Below, piece after piece: positions 25,487-35,535 of a stretch of 64,000 nucleotides of DNA (positions within the stretch are counted from its first letter, which is position 1; each line of letters opens with the position of its first letter). A program made the position numbers and the translations under genes. The notes below the pieces were generated by a model. The model had not been told where the DNA came from and searched no databases. It worked only from the letters and a program-made list of their open reading frames with translations. The stretch covers positions 310,001 through 374,000 of the forward strand of contig JAAOMT010000303.1 of NCBI GenBank assembly GCA_016748015.1. Direction: 5' to 3'. The DNA is from Geosiphon pyriformis uo1 (Eukaryota; Fungi; Glomeromycota).

Positions 25487-26349
25487 TATTACTCATAAAA
25501 AAGAAAACAGATATAGCAAACCAATAAGAAAATAGTATTTAGCATGTGAGCACATTGCTCAGCAATGTGGAGCAATGTCAGAAATTATGGCACATTGCTT
25601 AACAATATGGAGCAATGTCAGAAAACATGGCATATTGCTCAGCAATGTGAAGCAATGTTAGAAAATTAGAGCACATCATTCAACAATGTAAGCATTGCTC
25701 AAGAAATCATAGCACATCACTCGAAAATGTGAGCAATCTCATAAAACATCAATTATATATATATAGTGGTAGCATTAGAAATAAAAAAAGCAGAATCTTT
25801 TAGTTAGAAATCTCTCATTCCCAAATATTGAATAAATAAATTATTTACCATCTAAATCCACTTTTTACTATCAACACTCCATGTTGATAGCAATTGATAC
25901 TTAATCATACTGGAACAATAGCTCTTGATTATGGCTATTGACAGATACTAACTTGCGCATTGCCTTGGCTTATTTCTTTATTTTATTTTATTTTTCTTTT
26001 ATTTTTGATTTTGTTATTATTAACTCTATTAAGGATTAATGTGCGGGGTACTGACATCAGGATATAGCACTGGTAAAAGACCTAAGAATAAGGGTAGGAC
26101 ACTCGATTGAGGATAGCTTACCAGGAGAAATACTGGCCATCAAGCTAAGAAAAAAATTGATGAAACTGCAGTTTCAGGAAGTTATAGATAAAACTATTGC
26201 AATTGAATCTCTGTTCATTATACAAAAGAGTCAACCAAAACTTTTAGATAACAATACCTTCAGATATTACTAACCACATTATATATCAATTGAGCACCAA
26301 GTTACAGGTTTGTTATTTAATTTGAGACCCCAAATAATCATCTGTAACA
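25487..26349 (+). repeat. 5' LTR of element E
   Basis: TA(TG)TTACTC...TGTAACA; repeat of 34763-35531 with extra U3 units. Confidence 0.9.
25550..25745 (+). repeat. ~40-bp tandem units with internal palindrome CACATTGC-NNN-GCAATGTG in U3 of E
   Basis: About five imperfect units, directly visible; about 2.5 units in the 3' LTR. Confidence 0.8.
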
Positions 26350-26410
26350 TTTGGTGCTCCCTGTGAGATATAATCCTACAGAAAACCAGCACCAACAACC
26401 CCATCCAAAA

Positions 26411-29400
26411 GTGGCAGAATTAGAAAGCATAGAAGCAAACCATTTAGGATTTGTGAAATCTTTATTTTAGTATTATTGCCAACACTTAGGATTGAACCAT
26501 AATCACATATCAGCAGAATCAGCCTTCAATTTTTATGTCAACGAGAGAATTGCATATTTGTTGAGTACATCAGTAAATATTGAATCAGCAAGAGAAACTT
26601 TTTACAACAAATTAATTCAAAACACCAGCCTATCAACAAATCATAATTTCGCATCTATCATTACTGAGATCAATAAAAAAATCGAATATCACATACAGCA
26701 AAGATACCCAATTACTTATGCAAGTAAAGATAAAGAAAAACTACAAACACCAGCAGTAACACTTCAAAGGATATAATTACCTACATAGAAGAAAACAAAG
26801 ATTGAATTACCAACCAACCCATCATACCATTATACATTCGGAAGTGCCATTAATATAACATCAACAGGCACATCTACAGCAATCATGACATTAGCATTTG
26901 GAAAATTTCCATTTCAAAATAAACAAAGGAAAGAGAATCTATTAGGACCATATGGTGAATATTTTGAAGGATTTAAATCTTGATCGCCAATGCCATCAGA
27001 ATTTTGATCCTCACCACCTCAACCAGATTTCGGAACAGTAAGTCTGTAGGAAATCACTGAATCAAAAGAAGAACAAAAAGAAGAGGAAGAAGAATCTGAA
27101 GAACAAGAAGAAGAGAAAGAAGAATCTGAAGATCAAGAATTTACCTACCAGAATCCGATCATGGAAAACTCAGAAATCAAAACCCCAAACTTTCAAACTC
27201 AGCAAAATCCAACTTTAGAAAATCCAGAAATTGAAACTCTAAATATTCAGACACCGCCAACTCAGGATAATCGAAACCCTGAAACAATCAACCAACAACA
27301 CTTACCTCCAGTAATTGTGATCAATCCACTACCAGCTCCATCAAATGCCAAACAACAACAACAGCCACAACTGCTACCTCAATAAAACCAGCAGCAATCA
27401 CAACAACAATCAATAGCTTATGCTCCAATTGCCAAAATTGAAAAATTTACCAGTGAAAAGGACGACACTCAAGTATGGCTCAATGATATGGAAAAAGCCA
27501 TCACAGTCAATGGATGGAATGACAACAGAGCCCTTTAAGTGATTCCCTATTTTCTACAAGATACTGCTGACTTGTGGTATCAGAGTTTAGCCATTAAACC
27601 TCAAACATTCCAAGAATTCAAAACTGCATTTTTGGGATATTTTAGTAATAATAACAGTATTAATTGCTTAGCCAACACCTTCACCACAATCAAACAAGGA
27701 GAAACTAAAGCAGTTACCACTTACTTGGGACATTTCCACAGAAATTTATGCCAAATCCAAGCAATTCAAGCTGACTATTTTACTGCATCTTAGATTCTAA
27801 ACCAGTTCATCCGTGGACTGTATAGTAATCTTCTCTAGCACATATGTTCAATGCACCCACAAACTCTCCAAAATGCCATTACAAATGCCAGAAATTTTGA
27901 ATTGGCAGAACTCAAAGCAAGCCATGCCCAAGCCATTAATTTAGTAATAAATGGATCATCTGAATTGGATTCCAAATTGAAACAATTCAGTGATTCAATT
28001 AATCAGAAATTGGAAAAATACTTAGCTGACAATTGTGCAATTTATCAACCACCACAATGACACAATAATTCAGGAAACATAAATCATTTCCAAAATCAGA
28101 TGCGTTTATCATCATCTCCAAATTAGCCATGGCAACAAGAGACGCATGTCTGTTATAACTGTGGTAAACAAAACCACATTAGAGCTGATTGCCAATTTTA
28201 TAATAATAATTAATGATTGGGAAATCAATATCGAAACCCCAATTGCCAGTTCCCAACTCCGAGTTACCAATCCAACCCAGCCCCATATCAACCAACTTAC
28301 CTGCCAATGATGCAACAGCCAATATATCAACCACCTATATATCAATTTCCAGTTTATCAACTGCAGCCACCAATAATATATCAACCACCACAGCCACAAA
28401 TAATTTATCAGACATCCATAGTTCAAACACTGCCATCAAACTCAGCTCAAATGACATCAGGAAACCCCAGATCAAAAGTCACCCAAAACTGGAGATCAGC
28501 AATGGTTGTTTATTAACCAATTCCCAGTTCATCCAACCAGCCATCAGGATCATAACAACAAAGTTCAGGAACCAGGTATACTCAAAACCCGAATTCTCAG
28601 AACTATTTAAGTTTTCTGGCTACCTCAGAAGACATCTCACCCAACATTTAGGAACCCAAACAAAAGCAATTACTTACCAATATTCTGCCAGCTATTGTCA
28701 CGGAAGATAAGTCTCTAGCAGCTATATTTCCTTTCGAAATTGAGGAACTTACAGAAACCCCTTTGTTTAGTGGAGCTGCACTTGAGGAAAAACCTATTAT
28801 AGTAATATACACAGATGCCAAAATTGATGATTAGTTTATCAAACTGATCCTAGATAGTGAATCAGCTGGCAGCATCATCACAAGACAGCTCATGGACCAA
28901 TTAGGTCACCGAGTTGATTGAGCTTCCAGTGCAAAAATAATTACCATTGATAGAACCACCAAGACTCCAATTGGTGAAATAGATAACTTGCCTATAGAAA
29001 TCAATAGCATTACCATACCAATCAAGGTATTAGTCATGGAAGCCACTCAATACCAAGCACTGGTGGGTAATGACTGGCTATCCAAAATTAACGTAACACT
29101 CAATTGGAACACCCAAGAGCTCCAGTTTAGCCAGAATAAACAACACACACATGTACCAGCCACATGTGGCCATTTCAAACTCATCACCATGCCATTAGCT
29201 CCACTTATCAAATTCGAAGAAGAAAAAAAGAAACCTACCTGGAAAGCATACCAAGTCTCTTGGGCCAACAAAGACTACAACAAGCTACCACCAATACTTT
29301 TGTGAGACAACAAGAGAAAAGAAAAAGAAAACAAAGAACTTACTTGGAATACTGACCAAAACTGGGAAACTGATAATGACCAAGACAAACCAGCAAACTG

Positions 29401-32400
29401 GAAGTGAAAAGAAATTGATAAGGGAAAGAAAAAGAAGAAAGAAGAAGAAACCAATCTCACCAGCAGCACTTATAGTTCATATGCTTACACTTCATTATTA
29501 CCATTCAATTATTATCAACCAAAATTGGAATGCATTGATTATGGCAAGAAATTATTATCAATGGGTGTATGCTGTGGCAATGACAAGAAATACTCTACAG
29601 CCACAAGATTCTACTGCCACCCATGCATCATAGAATGCTTTGAACAACCAAAACGACAAGGAAAGTGGGATAACCAACTATGTCTCACATGTGGAACTAT
29701 CCTACTTAACAAAGGAATGTGGAATGACATTCCTGGGCGTGGAGAAACGTGTAATGAGACATGCCAGTACACCATACTAATAAACAATTGGATAAGCAAA
29801 GGAACACCAATTGATGATGCTTGAAAATGAGTGTTGTGATAATTGAAAGAATATCCTCACAATGAAGATGAACTATGGAGAATGGCGTATGCGAAAGCAG
29901 AAAGTGTGACAACCAGCAAACTACTAGAGATCAAAAACAACCCTCTATCTCTTCCTGAACCCAAATACATACAAACTTTTGATATTTTTGGCAACATTGA
30001 AGATAACCCAAAAAAGTTTCATAAACATTACCAGTGTTTGGCACCTACTAGAGAAGAACAAGAGCAGCATTTAGAGCAGTTGAACACTCGATTATGTCAA
30101 CATTGCTTAATCTCCTGTGACTTTCAGTATTGTAATGAGTGTGACCTCATTTACAATCCACTACTGCAGATAATCTACACAATTCCAGAAGAAGATGAAC
30201 CAATAAGCAACTACATATCAGAATTGGAATCAATTTTCAATCCCAATTTAAACTCCAACAACAATGACGATAAAAACAATGGTTCTAGCTCTGTTCAATA
30301 TGACAACAAAGATAATAGCAATTTGGACTCAGATCCAAACTCTGAAACATTTATAGTGCTCCTTAACCTCACCAAGGAGCAGAAACTAAAATGGTTCAGT
30401 AACAATAATGAAAGTATCAGGCCAGAGCATGTGCATGATACTAATGTAGAGTTTAATCTGAGATAGCCTGGAAAAGATGCCATAAAATTGGAACTCATTT
30501 GTGCACCTGCATTGATCTCAAAATAGCATTGGAAATTCCAGCAACAACAATAGTTCAGTTAGGATTTAGGAATAGTCTAGCCAAAAAGGGAATCAACATC
30601 AGAAAAGGAATAATTGATGCAAGATACATAGGAAATATCATTGCTATGCTACAAAATGATTTGGAAAAAGCCTATATTATAGAGCCAAATGAAAAGATAG
30701 CACAAGCAATATTCCTACCTCTGGTGAAAATAGTTCAGTTAGTGTCAGTGGGAAAAAGAGAAGAATTAGGGATAACAGCTAAAGGAATACAGAGATTTAG
30801 ATCAATGGGTAAAATAGATATACCAGTTAATATGGCAGAGGAAAAAATTGTTGGCAAAGAAGAAATTATCTCAACTCATCAAACAATTTCTATCCCACCA
30901 TATAACCAGTATGGGTTAGCCATAAAAAGAAAAGTAAAGAATCAGACTTAGTTGTTTGAAGCAGAAGCCACCATTTGTGAATTAGGAGAGATTGGACTCA
31001 CTAATCTCTACATATCAGCCAAAAGCCCCAAAAATATCAAAATTCTCATCTACAATACAACGAGAAATGTTATCAAAATACCAAAAGGAACTATCATTGG
31101 ATATTTAACCACTGAAGTTGAGAATCAACCACCAGACCATATTTCAGATTTTCTACAGCTTTGTGGATATATGGACATTACATCATAAACCATTTATGGA
31201 AAAAGTAAATGTTATCTGCTCCAACCAGAACAATTGGAACAAATAAACATAGGAAATCTAGATCCACTTCAACAAATGCAACTCAAGATGTTACTTAACA
31301 ATTTCAATGACATCTTTGCCAGCAAAAATGAATTTGGCCAAATCAACATTATTCAGCATCAGATTAAGACTGGAGATGCAATGCCAATAAAACAAAAAAC
31401 ATACAGAGTACTACTAGCAAGCCATGAGATCATTCATCAAAAAATTAACCAGATGCTTGATAATGGGCTAATTCAGTTGTCAATAAGTCTATAGTCATTA
31501 TCAGTAGTACTGGTTCATAAGAAAAATGGAAAAATCCATTTTTGTGTAAACTACCAGAAACTGAATAGAGTAACAAAAGGTAATAGCTATCCAACTCCAA
31601 AAATCCAAGAACTATTTGACACTTTTGGAGAAAATAAATGGTTTTCAACACTAAATTTAGATAGTGGTTACTGGCAAGTAGCCATGGATCTAGCTGACAA
31701 AGAAAAAACAGCATTCACCACAAGAGAAAGAAATTTTAAGTTTGAAGTCATGTCATTTGGCTTAATAAATGCCCCAACAACATTCCAATGGCTCATGGAA
31801 ATCATCTATACTGGATTACTATGGAAATCAGTAGTCATATATTTGAATAACACCAATGTGTTCTCAAAAACATTTGATGATCATTTGCATCATCTCTAAC
31901 AAGTGTTTGAAAGATTGAGAAGAGCAGGATTGAAACTAAATGCAACCAAATGTTTCTTTGGAAAAACCAAACTCAAGTTTTTGGGACATATAGTAAGCAA
32001 AGATGGAATCAAAATGGACCCAGACAAGATTGAAGTAGTTAAGAACTTTCTGGTACTAACCAACTTAACAGAACTAAGAACATTTTTAGGTTTCACAGGT
32101 TATTATCACTATTTTATCAAAGATTTCTTAAAACTGGCTCAGCTACTTCACCATCTACAGACCAAGAATGTGAAATATGAATGGACCAAAGCTCAACAAG
32201 AAGCATTTGACACATTAAGAAGAAAACTTATCCAAGCTCTAGTATTAATGTATTCAGACCACAGCAAACCATTCATAATCACCACCGATACATCAAGTCA
32301 AGCATTGAAAGCAGTACTATCACAGAAAGAATCAGATAGAAGAGAACATTCAGTAGCTTATGCCAGTAAAAGCTTAAGCCCAGCTGAAAAGAACTATAGA

Positions 32401-32643
32401 ACTCCATCATTAGAACACTTAGATATCTATTGGGCTGTTATCAAATAAAAGGAATACTTGAGCCAAAAGTTTGAAGTGTACACCAATCACAAAGGATTGA
32501 CTTTAATCCAAAAACAAGAATTTGCAAATGATCGCCATGCCAGATGGAAAATAGAACTTTCATTATTTAATTATACAGTATATTATAAAAAGAGAAAAAA
32601 CAATAGAAATGCTGACAGACTATTACAAATAAGACAAATCTAA
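26411..32643 (+). pseudogene. pol: gag-pol of element E, single reading frame from Gag to RNase H
   Basis: CYNCGKQNHIRADC knuckle at 28151, in frame with protease LILDS(E/G)SAG; Cys-rich ORFs 29525-30466; dUTPase 30499-30951; RT/RH ORFs 31684-32643 ending NADRLLQIRQI*. Confidence 0.9.
30420..30810 (+). pseudogene. dut: dUTPase domain in pol of element E
   Basis: (A)EFNLR, RNSLAKKG, GIIDARYIGNI, EPNEKIAQAIFLP, KGIQRFRSMG. Confidence 0.88.
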
Positions 32644-32673
32644 AAACATTTCAACCCAAAAATATAACAAAAG

Positions 32674-34047
32674 ATGAATACACAAAAATACCAACAACTC
32701 CAGCATTATATAAATAATCAATTGTTCAAGGAGAAATTATCTCAAAAGGAACAAAACAACATAAAACAACAATCAAAATATTTTATCAATTATCAAAATA
32801 TACTCTACCGGAAGAACAGAAGAAATCCAGATCAACCAATCAGAGTAATCACAGAACCAGAGAAAGAGACAATATTATTCAACATGTACTCAGATCTAAC
32901 AGCAGGACATTTTTATAAAGAAGCAACCATAGAAAAAACCAGAAAAAGATATTATTGGCCATCAATATATCCAGACATCATCCAATATGTTTAAAATTGT
33001 GATGCTTGTCAAAGAAGAGGAAAAACAAGACCAAGTAAATCATTAAGACCAATCAAAGCAGGACAACCATTCAATCACATGGGAATTAACTTAGTCAGAC
33101 CATTAACAATCACCAGTAGAGACAACAGATATATTGCAGTAGCTATGGATTATCTTACTAAATGGCCAGAAGCAAAAGCTATTCAAAGAGCAGATGTAGA
33201 ATCTGTTGCCGAATTCATTCATCAAGATTTGATTTGTTGACATGGATGTCCAAAAGAACTATTATCAGATCAAAGAACTTACTTTGTGAACAGAATGTTA
33301 ACAGAATTAAGTCAGAGATTTGAAATAAAAAGACCATTATTGTTATTATATCATCTATAAACAAATAGACTAATCGAAAGGTTTAACAGAACATTGTGTG
33401 AAGCAATTGCCAAGATCAGTCAAAAAAATCAGAATGAATGGGATTTGTTTATACTATCAGTACTATTTGCTTATCAAACAATGAAGCAAGACACTATACA
33501 AGCAACACCATTTGAATTAGTATATGGTAGAACAGCAACATTACCAATCGAAATAGAAGTTAACACTTATCCAACAGAACCAATAACTGAAGACAATTTT
33601 CAGGAAATGTTACTAAGAAAAACATATGACTTAATGGAAACTCTAGAAAACAAGCAACAAAGAGCAGCTGATAACATTCAAAAGTCACAAGAAAAACAAA
33701 AAAAGAGATGACAACCAACTACCAGACAAACCAGTTAAATTCAAGATTGGAAACAAGTACTTCTACATCATACTAAAGTGGAAAAACAATGGAGTGAAAA
33801 ATTTGACCCCAAATGGGATGGACCATTTCACATTGAAGAAATTCTTGGAAATGGAGCTTATAAATTAAGATGGAACAACAAAATCTTAGCCAAAGCAGCA
33901 CATGGTGATCAACTGAAACCATATCACCATACAGTGTCACCATCCATCAATAACATTCCACAATTAAGAGTACAATGAATACTAGTTCAACCAGATGAAA
34001 TTCCACGAGATCTGAAACCAATCATAATCATTGAACCAAACATGTAA
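32674..34047 (+). pseudogene. Integrase of element E in a separate ATG-initiated ORF
   Basis: MNTQKYQQL...; (H)SDLTAGHF...CDAC zinc finger; DYLTKWPEA; ERFNRTL; WDGPFHIEEILGNGAYKL. Confidence 0.88.
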
Positions 34048-34113
34048 AAAAGAAATCAAACAATAAAAGAGTATATAAAAACACAGTATATGCGACAAAG
34101 ACAACCAAGAAAA

Positions 34114-34749
34114 ATAGAAATACCAAATCATATTCACGCCATAGCTCAACAATTATTCCAGACCTTAAGTCAACAATCTTTAAACATAGAAGTTATTGTT
34201 AACAACCAAACAATTTGCTATCAAAACACCAAAAGAAAGACAAAGAATACACCATATTAGCAGTTATCAAAGAATAATAAAAACTGGTCAGACAACATAA
34301 TAGAAAAAGTAAAAAACACTTTTGGGAAAATACCTATTATGGCACTAACAGAAAAACTTACAAAAGAGAATTGGAAGCAATGGACAGAACAACTTCCAAT
34401 ATTATACTGTTACTACCAGCTAGGTCGAAAGTTGAATATTCAGAAGTTGTATATTGACAAATCCAAGAGAGTATTCAACCAAAACATAATACAGCAAATT
34501 GAAGAATTCATTGGGAAAAAGACAAACTCGACACTACATGTGAGAACAATTTATCAACTGCACAACATATTTCAGAATTATCCAGAAATACTGTTATACT
34601 CTGACATAGAAACCATAACCATTAACCAATGGGAAAAAATGAACAATACACAAGTAAAAGATGTGAAGAACAGAGTTAAACAAACAATACTTGAAAAAGA
34701 AGTATTAGAATTAATTCAAGATGAAGATTTCAATAGAGCTCAATATTAA
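34114..34749 (+). pseudogene. ORF3 of element E (unknown accessory protein)
   Basis: Contains ORF 34339-34749; in frame with upstream (M)EIPNHIHAIAQQLFQ; stop abuts the PPT. Confidence 0.72.
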
Positions 34750-34762
34750 AAGAAAGAGATAA

Positions 34763-35531
34763 TGTTACTCATAAAAAGAAAACAGATAGAGAAAATAGCA
34801 GACCAATAAGAAAATAGTATTTAGCATGTGAGCACATTGCTTGGCAATGTGAAGCAATATTAGAAATCATAGCATATTGCTCAAGAAATCATAGCACATT
34901 ACTCGGAAATGTGAGTGATCTCATAGAACATCAATTATGTATATATAGTGGTAGCATTAGAAGTAGAAAAAGCAGAATCTTTTAGTTAGAAATCTCTCAT
35001 TCCCAAATATTGAATAAATAAATTATTTACCATCCAAATCCACTCTTCACTATCAACACTCCATGTTGATAACAATTAATACTTAATTACACTGAAACAA
35101 TAGCTCTTGATCATGGCTATTGACAGATACTAACTTGTACATTGCCTTGGCTTATTTCTTTATTTTATTTTTATTTTATTTTATTTTTTATTTTGTTATT
35201 ACTAACTCTATTAAGGATTAACATATGGGGTACTGATGTTAGGATATAGCACTGGTAAAAGACCCAAGAATAAGGGTAGGACACTCGATTGAGGATAGCT
35301 TACCAGGAGAAATACTGGCCATCAAGCTGAGAAAGAAATTGATGAAACTGCAGTTTCGAGAAGCTATGGATAAAACTATTGCAATTGAATCTCTGTTCAT
35401 TATACAAAGAACTCAACCAAAACCTTCAGATAACAATACCTTCAGATATTACCAACCACATTATATATCAATTGAGCACCAAGTTATGGGTTTGTTATTT
35501 GATTTGAGACCCCAAATAATCACTTGTAACA
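34763..35531 (+). repeat. 3' LTR of element E
   Basis: TG...CA ends; preceded by PPT AAAAGAAAGAGATAA. Confidence 0.9.
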
Positions 35532-35535
35532 ATGC

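Larger units (their letters stand above)
25487..35531 (+). mobile_element. Ty3/gypsy LTR retrotransposon E (family 2, distinct U3), uninterrupted innermost element, 10045 bp
   Basis: LTRs 25487-26349 and 34763-35531; TSD ATGC (25483-25486 / 35532-35535); PBS at 26352; PPT 34748-34762. Confidence 0.93.

Noticed and set aside
25550-25745. Palindromic ~40-bp repeats resembling a CRISPR array
   Set aside because: Units are tandem with no unique spacers, lie inside an LTR U3 and recur in the sister LTR; no cas genes; eukaryotic context
28213-28710. Ser/Thr/Asn-rich overlapping ORF (165 aa; also 15497-15988 in C) that looks like a mucin-like second protein
   Set aside because: It is the -1 frame of the CAA/CCA-rich Gag tail. 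That frame is naturally stop-poor and is spared by CAA>TAA mutation. It is broken in B and D and has no conserved start.
33778-34047. Chromodomain at the integrase C-terminus (chromovirus)
   Set aside because: Only a GPY/F-type tail and a short hydrophobic end are present; no chromodomain motif
34114-34749. ORF3 as a retroviral-like env gene
   Set aside because: Too short, with no visible signal peptide, fusion peptide or transmembrane anchor
35339-35531. Conserved protein-coding ORF inside the LTR U5
   Set aside because: The frame is not preserved between the B, C/D and E LTRs (indels not multiples of 3)
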